A stretch of 64,000 nucleotides of DNA from an uncultured Gammaproteobacteria bacterium (GTDB lineage Bacteria > Patescibacteriota > Patescibacteriia > Magasanikbacterales > UBA922), in assembly GCA_964435035.1 (NCBI GenBank), contig CAYSXR010000001.1, positions 144,192 to 208,191 of the forward strand, given 5' to 3'. The translations under genes and the position numbers were made by a program. Every line of letters begins with the position of its first letter. Position 1 is the stretch's first letter. Below are positions 27,628 to 36,831 of this stretch, in pieces. The notes below the pieces were generated by a model. It was not told the DNA's origin and ran no database searches. It saw only the letters and a program-made list of their open reading frames with translations.

Positions 27628-29610
27628 ATGAGTAGTTTGATTAAAAAAATAATTTTCGCAGCTTTTCTTCTGTGGCTTGTGCCTTCAGTAATTTTTGCTT
27701 CAGATAGTAATGGTACAATCAATACAAGTCATAAATATGGATGGGGAGAAAACTTGGGTTGGATTAATTTTGCCCCAACTGATGGGTCGAGTAATTATCA
27801 CGGGCTTACCATTACTGATTCTGCTGTTACTGGCTATGCATGGTCAGAAGCCTATGGCTGGATTAATTTTGCTCCAAGTAATGGCGGAGTAACTAATAGC
27901 TGTACCGGACAACTTGGTGGTTGGGCATGGTCTACACAATTGGGCTGGATTTCCATGAGCGGAGTAACAATTGGATCGACCGGAGAATTTAATGGTGTAT
28001 CAGGTGGAACAACGCTTCCTTCGGGTAGAATTACCTTTGATTGTGATAATTGTGATGTGCGTACTGATTGGATTCCTTGCGCTGAGCGTGAAGAAGAAGG
28101 TGGTGGAGGCCCTCCGCCCACCTGTTCCAATGGCGCGTCAGATTATCCAACCTGTACACCACCCACTCCACCAACCTGTTCTAATGGTGCTTCGGATTAT
28201 CCTACCTGCACACCTCCTCCAGATCCCACCTGTTCCAATGGCGCATCAGATTATCCAACCTGTACACCACCCACTCCACCTCCAGATCCAGTCTGCTCTA
28301 ATGGCGCATCAGACTACCCAACTTGTACGCAGCCACCAGATCCCACCTGTTCCAATGGTGCATCAGACTACCCAGCTTGTACTGCCTCTACCGATGGGGG
28401 TGATGGAGGTACCGGAGAGGGTGATGGAGGTGCTAGTGATGGGGGAGAAAGTGAAGGGGCGGGGAGTAGTGGAGGCGGAGGTGGTGGTGTTGCCACAGAA
28501 ATAATTTCAAATATTACTGATTCAGTTGGGGTAGTGGCTGATGCAACAGTAGCTGTTTTGCAAGATGTAGCAGAAGTGCTGGTTACTATTCCCGGAGTAC
28601 AAACTGTAGTTAATGCGGCCCAAGTTGCTATAGAAAGAACAGAAAAAGTTATTAATAATCCTACGGTTGAAAAAATAGATGAAGCAGTTTCAACTCCAGT
28701 GCTCACAGCAACAGCTGTAGTAAACGTAGTAGTAGGTGGTGCAACATTATTTTCGCAGATTTTAATATTTCTCCGTTTATTGTTTTTGCAGCCCTTACTA
28801 TTATTATTCAAACGTCATAAACAAAAAACATGGGGAACGGTTTTCAATAGTCATACAAAGCAACCTCTTGATTTGGCAATGGTGCGTCTGGTGCATGGAG
28901 AAAATGACACAATTGTACGCACCCAGGTGACTGATGCCCAGGGTCGTTATTTTATGGCTGCAGGAAGTGGTACGTATATTTTGAAGACTACTAAAGAAGG
29001 TTTTGGTCCACATAGTGGAACGCAAGCTGAAGATTCGGTATATCCAAATTTGTATCGTGGAGAAAAATTGGAATTAGTGGACAGAGAAAGTGAACTTAAT
29101 TACAACATCCCGCTTGAACCAGTGTATGAGGCAAAGAGTACTGCTGATATAATCAAAGAATATTCGAGAAAAACATTCCAAAAAACGTTGAGTTTGATTG
29201 GTGCAATTGCAACGGTGGCATCACTGATTATTTCTCCAAACATTTGGATGGCTGCTCTTTTGGTAGTACATCTGCTTATCTATGTGGTCATGAAACGGTT
29301 TGCACAAAAAAAAGTAAAAGGTGATCGTGGAATAGTAGTGGATAGTAAAACTAAAAAACCAATGAAGAAGGTGGTGATCCGTGTGTTTGATAATGCATAC
29401 AATAAATTGGTGGACACTGCAATTACTGATAACAATGGGTGTTATGCGGTTCTAGTGGGTCCTAGTACTTATTATATTACTGCAGAAAAAGAAGGGTATG
29501 CTCCATATCAGTCTGATACGATTGATCTAACGAGTAAAAAGACTAATGGAATTGGAGGTGTTATTACAGAAAACTTCTCTTTGATGTCAGTTGATGAAAA
29601 GAAAAAGTAA
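27628..29610 (+). CDS. Surface protein (660 aa) with signal peptide, GWINFAP repeats, a 5x Cys-containing tandem peptide repeat, a Gly-rich spacer, and the same C-terminal anchor module as the upstream giant protein
   Basis: Long blocks of alignable identity to the C-terminus of the 21473-27466 product (e.g. ISSITDSV...VGGAGLLSQAMLYLRLIFSQPLLLL... versus ISNITDSV...VGGATLFSQILIFLRLLFLQPLLLL...). Confidence 0.8.
   Translation: MSSLIKKIIFAAFLLWLVPSVIFASDSNGTINTSHKYGWGENLGWINFAPTDGSSNYHGLTITDSAVTGYAWSEAYGWINFAPSNGGVTNSCTGQLGGWAWSTQLGWISMSGVTIGSTGEFNGVSGGTTLPSGRITFDCDNCDVRTDWIPCAEREEEGGGGPPPTCSNGASDYPTCTPPTPPTCSNGASDYPTCTPPPDPTCSNGASDYPTCTPPTPPPDPVCSNGASDYPTCTQPPDPTCSNGASDYPACTASTDGGDGGTGEGDGGASDGGESEGAGSSGGGGGGVATEIISNITDSVGVVADATVAVLQDVAEVLVTIPGVQTVVNAAQVAIERTEKVINNPTVEKIDEAVSTPVLTATAVVNVVVGGATLFSQILIFLRLLFLQPLLLLFKRHKQKTWGTVFNSHTKQPLDLAMVRLVHGENDTIVRTQVTDAQGRYFMAAGSGTYILKTTKEGFGPHSGTQAEDSVYPNLYRGEKLELVDRESELNYNIPLEPVYEAKSTADIIKEYSRKTFQKTLSLIGAIATVASLIISPNIWMAALLVVHLLIYVVMKRFAQKKVKGDRGIVVDSKTKKPMKKVVIRVFDNAYNKLVDTAITDNNGCYAVLVGPSTYYITAEKEGYAPYQSDTIDLTSKKTNGIGGVITENFSLMSVDEKKK
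28120..28392 (+). repeat. Coding tandem repeat, 5 copies of about 51-66 bp (peptide CSNGASDYPTCTPPTPP(P)DPT)
   Basis: Direct reading: acctgttccaatggcgcgtcagattatccaacctgtacacc... repeated five times with third-position variation. Confidence 0.7.
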
Positions 29611-29664
29611 TAAACAGGTATATATTTTTGAAAAAAACTGAAATATGATATACTACTTGCATCT

Positions 29665-32600
29665 ATGAAATTGAGTATAAAAAAAGGTAAAAATAAAAAA
29701 AATAGTGCACGAGAATCCGCACATATTTTGTGGTTTGAAGAAATTGGAATTACTGATATTCCATTGGTTGGTGGAAAAAATGCGTCATTGGGGGAAATGT
29801 ATACTGGACTCAGATCAAAAAATATTGCAGTTCCGAATGGTTTTGCAATTACCGCAAAAGCGTATTGGGATTTTTTCGAAGCTCATGGATTAAATAAGAT
29901 AATCAAGAAAGAAATTAAAGGATTGAATGTACTTAAAATTAAAGATTTGAATCGAGTGGGAAAAAAGATACGATCACTCATTATTAACGCAAAATTTCCT
30001 GACGATTTACAAAAAGAAATTATTGAAGCGTACGAATCACTTAAAAAACAAGAAGGAGTAACTCATCTTTCAGTAGCGGTGCGATCGAGTGCAACTGCAG
30101 AAGATTTACCTGATGCAAGCTTTGCGGGTCAGCAAGAAACATATTTGAATATCGAAGGCCATGATGAATTATTGATTGCGGTAAAAAAATGTATTGCATC
30201 TCTATTCACTGATCGTGCGATTTCTTATCGTGAAACCAAAGGATTTGATCACATGGCAGTTGCTCTCTCGGTGACCGTGCAGACTATGGTTCGGTCAGAT
30301 GTGGGAGTCTCAGGAGTAATGTTCACGATTGATACTGAATCTGGTTTCCCTGGAGTAGTGCTTATTAATGCGTCATACGGGTTGGGTGAATATGTAGTCA
30401 AAGGTCAGGTAACTCCGGATCAGTTTTATGTGTTTAAAGAAGGTGTAAGAAAAGGGAAATCAGCAATTATCAGTAGAATCTTTGGTTCAAAAGAAGTGAA
30501 GTTGGTATATGGAAAACGCCTCACTACTCAAAATATTGTTCCGGCTGCTGATCGTCATAGATTGTGTATTTCAGATGAAGATGTGCTCACTCTTGCAAAA
30601 TGGGGGATGGAGATTGAGAAATTTTATAATAAAGCCCAAGATATTGAATGGGCAAAAGATGGTGTTACTGGGAAATTATATATCGTTCAGGCACGACCTG
30701 AAACAGTTCAGTCCCAAGCAAATCATGCGGTTATTGAGTCGTACGAGCTGAAAGAAAAAGGAAAATTAATTGCTCGCGGTATCTCAATTGGACAAAAAAT
30801 TGGGGCAGGTGTCGCGCGTATTATCAATGATCCTCGAGACATGAAGCTGTTTAAAAAAGGTGAAGTATTGGTAACCCGTATCACTGATCCTGATTGGGAG
30901 CCGATTATGCGTCTTGCGAGTGCAATTGTAACTGAACAAGGAGGAAAAACAAGTCATGCAGCAATTGTATCTCGTGAATTGGGAGTCCCTTGTGTAGTGG
31001 GTACCAAACAAGCACGTGCACTGATCAAAACAGGAGTAAAAGTAACGGTTTCGTGTGCTGAAAGCGAAGAGGGGCATGTGTATAAAGGCATGCTTCCGTT
31101 TGAAGTAAAAAAAACCACAATTACTGATATTGCAAAGACCAAGACTAAAATCATGATGAATGTGGGAGATCCGGATCATGCATTTGCATTATCATATTTA
31201 CCAAACGATGGAGTAGGACTTGCGCGCGAAGAATTTATATTTTCTAATTTTATTAGAATTCATCCACAAGCTCTCCTTAATTTTGACAAACTTAAAGATA
31301 AAAAAGCAAAAAAGAAAATTTCTGAATTAACTGTCGGGTACAAAGATAAACGCCAGTACGGAGTGGATAAACTCGCCGATGGTATTGCACGTATTGCTGC
31401 TGCATTCTACCCTCGCGATGTCATTGTACGTCTGTCTGATTTCAAAACCAATGAATACGCCACCTTGATTGGGGGGCTCGAATTTGAACCTAAAGAAGAA
31501 AATCCAATGATTGGTTGGCGTGGAGCTTCTCGGTATTATTCAGAGGAATATAAGACTGCATTTGGTATCGAGTGTGAAGCATTGAAAAAAGTTCGAAGCG
31601 ATTGGGGACTCAATAATGTAATTGTCATGGTGCCATTTTGTCGTACTCCAGAAGAAGGGAAGAATGTATTGAAAACCATGGCGGATTTTGGACTCAAACA
31701 AGGTGAAGATAAATTACAGGTCTATGTCATGTGTGAAATCCCATCAAACGTCATACTTGCAGAAGAATTCGCGAAAATTTTTGATGGATTCAGTATCGGA
31801 TCTAATGATTTAACGCAGTTGACGCTTGGGGTAGATCGTGATTCTGCATTAGTAAGCCATGTGTATGATGAGAAGAATAGTGCGGTAATGACACTGATCA
31901 AGCAGGTGATCAGAGTAGCTCATAAACATAAACGAAAAATTGGAATTTGTGGCCAAGCGCCAAGTGATTATCCAGAGTTTGCTGAATTTCTTGTGCGTGA
32001 AGGAATCGATAGCATCTCACTCAATCCAGATACGGTATTAGCAACACGCGCACGCATTGCAAAGACAGAAAAGAAAGTAGGTATGCGTGGCGGTACCACG
32101 AATCATAAATTTTTGACACTAGTATTTCTACTTGGGGTTTGCTCAGCAAGTATGATACTTCTTGGTGGTGGTTGCGGTGCAATCAAATCTGACAATTCGG
32201 TAAATACAATTACAACAGAATTAAGTCCGGCGCAAGTGAGAGCACAGTTTGAAGCGCGTGCATTGAGTGAGGCAGAAGAGCGTATTGAATCGAAACGAAG
32301 CACAATGACTATCTCCTCGCTAGGGTCATTTAAAGTTTCGTATCCACAAACGTGGGCAGTTGAAGAGCTTTCGAGTGTGCCAGGATATATGTTTTCAAAA
32401 CCTGAATCAAAAGCGCAGGTCGTAGTGGTAAAACAGAAAAAGTCTTCGACTACTGTGTCAGATGGTACTTCCTCCGTAGAGACTGCCGATACAGGTTTGT
32501 CTGCTGGAACAGTTGATAAGAATACTGCAAGCTCATACATCATAGTTGGTGAAAATACGCTAGAAGTCGAATATCGAAAAACTGAAGAGGGAACTGTTCT

Positions 32601-32802
32601 TACTGCAGTACATATTCCTCTTGATGAGGAAGAAGAATTATTTGTGTATGGGACACCAGGAAATGAATTTAATGACATTGTAGAAAGTCTTACGTTCACT
32701 GATCCTGAGGTGGCACCACCTCAAATATTACCAGATGCAGGAGAAGCTTGTATCCATGTAACACCTGATTCGGGTGGAAGTGATGCTGTTAGTTGTTACT
32801 AA
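29665..32802 (+). CDS. ppsA: Phosphoenolpyruvate synthase (pyruvate,water dikinase), continuous in frame with a 239-aa C-terminal lipoprotein-like module
   Basis: The first about 806 aa carry the ATP-grasp, phosphohistidine (GGKTSHAAIVSRELGVPCVVG) and PEP-utilizer (GSNDLTQLTLGVDRDS) domains. An internal ATG at 32083 begins MRGGTTNHKFLTLVFLLGVCSAS...GGGC, a signal peptide/lipobox-like segment, with no intervening stop codon. Confidence 0.85.
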   Translation: MKLSIKKGKNKKNSARESAHILWFEEIGITDIPLVGGKNASLGEMYTGLRSKNIAVPNGFAITAKAYWDFFEAHGLNKIIKKEIKGLNVLKIKDLNRVGKKIRSLIINAKFPDDLQKEIIEAYESLKKQEGVTHLSVAVRSSATAEDLPDASFAGQQETYLNIEGHDELLIAVKKCIASLFTDRAISYRETKGFDHMAVALSVTVQTMVRSDVGVSGVMFTIDTESGFPGVVLINASYGLGEYVVKGQVTPDQFYVFKEGVRKGKSAIISRIFGSKEVKLVYGKRLTTQNIVPAADRHRLCISDEDVLTLAKWGMEIEKFYNKAQDIEWAKDGVTGKLYIVQARPETVQSQANHAVIESYELKEKGKLIARGISIGQKIGAGVARIINDPRDMKLFKKGEVLVTRITDPDWEPIMRLASAIVTEQGGKTSHAAIVSRELGVPCVVGTKQARALIKTGVKVTVSCAESEEGHVYKGMLPFEVKKTTITDIAKTKTKIMMNVGDPDHAFALSYLPNDGVGLAREEFIFSNFIRIHPQALLNFDKLKDKKAKKKISELTVGYKDKRQYGVDKLADGIARIAAAFYPRDVIVRLSDFKTNEYATLIGGLEFEPKEENPMIGWRGASRYYSEEYKTAFGIECEALKKVRSDWGLNNVIVMVPFCRTPEEGKNVLKTMADFGLKQGEDKLQVYVMCEIPSNVILAEEFAKIFDGFSIGSNDLTQLTLGVDRDSALVSHVYDEKNSAVMTLIKQVIRVAHKHKRKIGICGQAPSDYPEFAEFLVREGIDSISLNPDTVLATRARIAKTEKKVGMRGGTTNHKFLTLVFLLGVCSASMILLGGGCGAIKSDNSVNTITTELSPAQVRAQFEARALSEAEERIESKRSTMTISSLGSFKVSYPQTWAVEELSSVPGYMFSKPESKAQVVVVKQKKSSTTVSDGTSSVETADTGLSAGTVDKNTASSYIIVGENTLEVEYRKTEEGTVLTAVHIPLDEEEELFVYGTPGNEFNDIVESLTFTDPEVAPPQILPDAGEACIHVTPDSGGSDAVSCY

Positions 32803-32812
32803 AAAATAAATC

Positions 32813-32838
32813 AAACACCTCCTTGTGGGGTGTTTTTG
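32813..32838 (+). terminator. Rho-independent terminator after ppsA
   Basis: aaacacctccttgtggggtgtttttg (7-bp stem aaacacc/ggtgttt plus T-run). Confidence 0.55.
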
Positions 32839-32898
32839 TAATACTTTGTTCTCATTGAATAAAACATAAAAAATTGGTATTCTAAGAATACTAATTCT

Positions 32899-34224
32899 AT
32901 GAAAAAATGGTCCCAAAAAATAACTTGCATTCTCATGCTTTTTAGCATGTCTATTGTGGTTTTTTTTGGTAGACCTGTGTATAGTTCAATCGAAGAACAG
33001 AAAGAGTTACAACAGGAGCTCAAAAATATCGAAGCAGAGATTGGGAAGCTTGAACAAGAAATTACAACTACAAAAGGCGAAAAGAAAACACTTGCAAGTA
33101 AGATTCAACAACTTAAACAAGAACAAAATAAAATTAAGCTTCAGATACAGGCAACTGCCCTGCACATTAAAGACCTGGAAAATAAAATTGATGTCACTCT
33201 TGATGAAATACAAAAGAATGAAGAAAAAAGTGAGGAGCTTAAAAATAATTTAGGCGTATTACTTCGTCTCTTGTACCAGAGAAATCAGGAAGCGCGGGCG
33301 TTTCGATTAATATTGCAGGGAAAGCTTAGTGATGCGATTGTTGAAGTAAGAAATTTGGAACGGTTGTCTGATTCAATCGGGGAGTTACTGGATGATGCAA
33401 AAAAAGTACGGAAAGATCTTGAAGTGCAGAAAGAGAAGTATGCGACTGACCAGGAAGACGCAAGTGAACTTTTGAAGCTTGTAGAAGCGGAGGGTGGTTC
33501 ACTTACGGGTAAGCTGCAGGAACAAGCAAAATTATTGAAGAGTACACAAGGCAAAGAAGAAAATTATCAGAGTCAGCTTCAGGATAATAAAAAACGCGCA
33601 GCAGAAATCAAGAGTCGAATTTATGAGCTTCTTGATGTGGGTACGCAAATTACCTTTGGTGAAGCGGTAACCATTTCTGAATGGGTGAGTGGACAGATTG
33701 GTGTGCCAGCTTCGCTTCAGCTCGCAATTCTGACCCAAGAATCAAATCTAGGTAAAAATGTAGGAACCTGTAATCGTCTGGGCGACCCCCCTGAAAAAAG
33801 CTGGAAAGTGATTATGAAGCCTGAACGGGACCAAGAGCCGTTCAAAAAAATTACCGAAGAATTGGGAAAAGATCCGGATATTACACCGGTGTCTTGTCCT
33901 ATGCGGAATAAAGATGGTAGTCAGCTCGGATGGGGAGGTGCTATGGGTCCAGCACAATTTATTCCTTCGACATGGGTGGGGTATAAGGCTAAAGTTTCAG
34001 CAATTACGGGTAAAACTCCAGCAGACCCTTGGGATATTCGAGATGCATTTCTCGCCTCTGCCTTGCTTCTCAAGGCAAATGGAGCTGATGGTACTCGTGA
34101 CGGGAATTGGAAAGCCGCAATGCGCTATTTTTCAGGTGGAATCAATCCAAAATATAGTTTTTATGGGGATAATGTGATAGCTCTTTCGGATAAGTACGAG
34201 GAAGATATTAAAGCGTTGAAATAG
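32899..34224 (+). CDS. Secreted coiled-coil protein with a C-terminal lytic-transglycosylase-like domain (441 aa)
   Basis: Signal peptide, about 250 aa of heptad-rich coiled coil, then LQLAILTQESNLG and GAMGPAQFIPSTW motifs reminiscent of the MltB/SLT glycosidase fold. Confidence 0.65.
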   Translation: MKKWSQKITCILMLFSMSIVVFFGRPVYSSIEEQKELQQELKNIEAEIGKLEQEITTTKGEKKTLASKIQQLKQEQNKIKLQIQATALHIKDLENKIDVTLDEIQKNEEKSEELKNNLGVLLRLLYQRNQEARAFRLILQGKLSDAIVEVRNLERLSDSIGELLDDAKKVRKDLEVQKEKYATDQEDASELLKLVEAEGGSLTGKLQEQAKLLKSTQGKEENYQSQLQDNKKRAAEIKSRIYELLDVGTQITFGEAVTISEWVSGQIGVPASLQLAILTQESNLGKNVGTCNRLGDPPEKSWKVIMKPERDQEPFKKITEELGKDPDITPVSCPMRNKDGSQLGWGGAMGPAQFIPSTWVGYKAKVSAITGKTPADPWDIRDAFLASALLLKANGADGTRDGNWKAAMRYFSGGINPKYSFYGDNVIALSDKYEEDIKALK

Positions 34225-34298
34225 CTCATAGCCAATAGGAGGAAAATGCGAATCGGTACTCTTAATTGGCTTTCTTGCTTTCTCTCTATGAACTAATT
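34224..34298. repeat. Second copy of the AGTTCATAGCYAATAG palindromic element, filling the gap between two convergent genes
   Basis: gctcatagccaataggaggaaaatgcgaatcggtac...ttaattggct...ctctatgaactaatt. It overlaps both stop codons. Confidence 0.45.
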
Positions 34299-34866
34299 AA
34301 AATTGTTTCATTATCCACATCACCTCGTCAGGGTAGGATGGGATCACGGTGCCATTGTAGTAGTATAATTTTCTTTTGACCGAAGGAGTCGAATACCATC
34401 GAGCAGTTCTCGGATTATCTCCACACAAATTTTTGCCTACTTCCTGTATTGCTTCATCAATATTTTTGAAAGGAATTTGGGCTCCTCCCCAACCAAAAGG
34501 ATTATTATACTGCATCCGCTTTCCACCAGTGGATTCGCGTACTGCAATTGCAGGAAGCAATCGCCAATCCAGTCCGCAGCTATCAGCAACTGCAATAAAA
34601 CTTTTACCATATCCAGCAAGCGGCATGTTATATTTTTCAAAATACGCATCAATCCTGTCTGCTCGCTCGTCGGCAATTGTTGGCTCTGTATATATGCGTG
34701 CAATAATATATATTGTAAGTCCTCCGAGTATACTCAAGATAAGAATTGTGCTCATGAGGTGTCTGCGATAACGAAGAAAAAGTACGGGGAATACTGGCTG
34801 TTTTTTGATGCGACGGTTTTTTTTCTGTTGAATAGAAAGAGTACTTCGTTTTTTTGTACGGGGCAT
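34297..34866 (-). CDS. Membrane-anchored glucosaminidase-like (PF01832-type) peptidoglycan hydrolase domain protein (189 aa)
   Basis: Basic N-terminus, a TM helix, then AIAVRESTGGKRMQYNNPFGWGG, which matches the ESgwG...NNlFG core of mannosyl-glycoprotein endo-beta-N-acetylglucosaminidase domains. Confidence 0.5.
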   Translation of the reverse strand: MPRTKKRSTLSIQQKKNRRIKKQPVFPVLFLRYRRHLMSTILILSILGGLTIYIIARIYTEPTIADERADRIDAYFEKYNMPLAGYGKSFIAVADSCGLDWRLLPAIAVRESTGGKRMQYNNPFGWGGAQIPFKNIDEAIQEVGKNLCGDNPRTARWYSTPSVKRKLYYYNGTVIPSYPDEVMWIMKQF

Positions 34867-34941
34867 ACAAATATGTTATTGCACTAGTATACCATAACAT
34901 ACCCCGTGGGTGGGGTATGTTATGGTAGGTGTAGGGTGTGA

Positions 34942-36417
34942 TTAGAGTTTTCCCAAATTTAATTCTTCAGTGATACGAATTTGTTCGACAAAATCTGGCA
35001 TATGAGATACGAGGATGATTGTTCCTTCATATTCATTGATAGCTTCTGCAATCACCGGGATGTGTCTGAAATTGATATGGTTGGTAGGCTCATCAAGAAT
35101 GAGAAGTCCAGGTTTTTGCAATACAAATCGGGCATAGCAGAGTAATCCTTTTTGTCCTTCTGAGAGTGACCCGACCGTATTTTTCATAATGTCAGAAGTC
35201 AGAAGAAATTGTGCACCTGTCGCATATATTTCCTGATTATCAGGCACGTCCATCATCTGAGCAAGAGAATCATACACCGTAGCTTCAAAATCAAGCCCAG
35301 AGAAGTCTTGTCGGTAATAACCAATCTTTATTCCCGGAGCAATAGTCGCGTGATCAGCAGGTTCAAGTGCAAGTTCTTTCAAAAGCGTGCTTTTCCCAAC
35401 GCCATTAGGTCCGACAATTTGTAGTCTGTTTCCTTTCCACAGTTTAATGTCCACTTTTTTACTGATGCGTTTATGATTAATAATAGCGCCCACATTTGAA
35501 ATAGTCACAACCACTTCAGACCATGATTGCGCAGGAATTGTAAATGGGCGGATGGTTTTGTCATCACGTTTTACCTCAACCATGTTATCTTCATCCTCTT
35601 CAACTTGGTCTTTGAGTTTGCTTGCGAGTTTTCGCATCTTACCTCCTTTGTGTGCAAAGAAGTTTACTTTATCTTTTTTGTCTTGGATATTTTTTCGGAG
35701 TTGTGCATTTTTTCGTTCTTCACGTTCAATTTGCGCTTTAATTTCCTCGATCACATCGAAATAGTTTCCCACATATTGCTCAACTTTTTTGGTATGAAAG
35801 TCTACGTTCAAAACTCCATCAGTAAATGAATTCAAAAATGCTGCATCATGGGAAATAACAATAACCGTTCCTTCATACATCACGAGGAAGGCAGTGAGAT
35901 GTGCAATACCATCAGCATCAAGATTATTGGTAGGTTCATCAAGTAGAAGAATGTCAGGTTTCTGTATGAGTGCATATGCCAAGAGCAGGCGCGCGTGTTG
36001 TCCACCTGAGAGTTCTTTTACTTTCTTTTCAAGTGGAATGCTGAGGTCAACTACTGAAAGTACATCAGTAACCAGTTTTTCAAGGTTATACAGATGTTCA
36101 GAAAATGCAGTCGCAAAATATTCAAGAATAGTTAAATCAAAAAATTCTTTGGGCATGACCTGGAGCCCGATCGCAATAGTTGCGTTGTCTGTAATATGTA
36201 TATTACCTGAATTTGGTTTGAGGATGTCAGGTTTGGTAGAGCCAGAAGCACCGAGAATAAGCTTGAATATCGTACTTTTTCCTACACCATTTTGTCCCAT
36301 GATGGTAATTTTTGCATTTTCACGAACCGAAAAAGAAGCCCCATCAAGGATTTGTTTATCATCGGTATAGGCGAATGATACGTTATCAAAACGCACAATA
36401 ACATTGCCGTGGCTCAT
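34942..36417 (-). CDS. ABC-F family ATPase (two tandem ABC cassettes, no TM domain)
   Basis: Two Walker A motifs (GQNGVGKST, GPNGVGKST) and two signature motifs (LSGGQ, LSEGQ) separated by a charged linker. 491 aa. Confidence 0.85.
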   Translation of the reverse strand: MSHGNVIVRFDNVSFAYTDDKQILDGASFSVRENAKITIMGQNGVGKSTIFKLILGASGSTKPDILKPNSGNIHITDNATIAIGLQVMPKEFFDLTILEYFATAFSEHLYNLEKLVTDVLSVVDLSIPLEKKVKELSGGQHARLLLAYALIQKPDILLLDEPTNNLDADGIAHLTAFLVMYEGTVIVISHDAAFLNSFTDGVLNVDFHTKKVEQYVGNYFDVIEEIKAQIEREERKNAQLRKNIQDKKDKVNFFAHKGGKMRKLASKLKDQVEEDEDNMVEVKRDDKTIRPFTIPAQSWSEVVVTISNVGAIINHKRISKKVDIKLWKGNRLQIVGPNGVGKSTLLKELALEPADHATIAPGIKIGYYRQDFSGLDFEATVYDSLAQMMDVPDNQEIYATGAQFLLTSDIMKNTVGSLSEGQKGLLCYARFVLQKPGLLILDEPTNHINFRHIPVIAEAINEYEGTIILVSHMPDFVEQIRITEELNLGKL

Positions 36418-36492
36418 AGTGAAATAGTTCTAAAATAAATAACTCGCACGTAGGAGTTATTCTGGTGGACAGGTTTTTAGTAAAACAATAAG

Positions 36493-36566
36493 CGGGCTGG
36501 ACGGGACTCGAACCCGCAACTTCTGCCGTGACAGGGCAGTGCTCTAACCAGTTGAACTACCAGCCC
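36493..36566 (-). tRNA. tRNA-Asp (anticodon GUC)
   Basis: The reverse complement folds with acceptor gggctgg/ccagccc, a GGTTCGAGTCC T-arm and anticodon loop CU-GUC-AC. 74 nt. Confidence 0.85.
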
Positions 36567-36607
36567 GCTTATTGTTTTACACATGTAAGGAAAAGGCCTT
36601 GGATGAC

Positions 36608-36727
36608 TTATTTCTGTGCGGTTGCAGCAGCCTTACGTACGCGCTTCAACTTTTTTTTGTCGCGTGTAACTTTGTCCACTTTCCATTGTGCCTTCATTTT
36701 ATTTCTCATTTTTTTGCGCATTCCCAT
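36608..36727 (-). CDS. Very small basic ORF (39 aa, MGMRKKMRNKMKAQWKVDKVTRDKKKLKRVRKAAATAQK), possibly a ribosome-associated peptide
   Basis: Lys/Arg-rich ORF in the same orientation and just downstream of infC-rpmI-rplT. Weak RBS. No match to a known r-protein family by eye. Confidence 0.3.
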   Translation of the reverse strand: MGMRKKMRNKMKAQWKVDKVTRDKKKLKRVRKAAATAQK

Positions 36728-36831
36728 ATGAGGTAAAGATAACCAATTAAATATCTGTGTGAATGAAATATATAATACGTTTTTTTTACACGTTTGTCAA
36801 TATGTAGAGGGTCGTCTACAAAACAAAAGAC

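Noticed and set aside
28120-28392. Possible CRISPR array
   Set aside because: It is the only regular tandem repeat in the window. It is in-frame coding sequence (a Cys/Pro peptide repeat) with no unique spacers. No cas genes or other arrays are present anywhere in the window.
36590-36730. Assignment of the 39-aa basic ORF to ribosomal protein L34, L36 or S21
   Set aside because: The sequence does not match the conserved cores of these families by eye, so it is kept only as a low-confidence unknown ORF.
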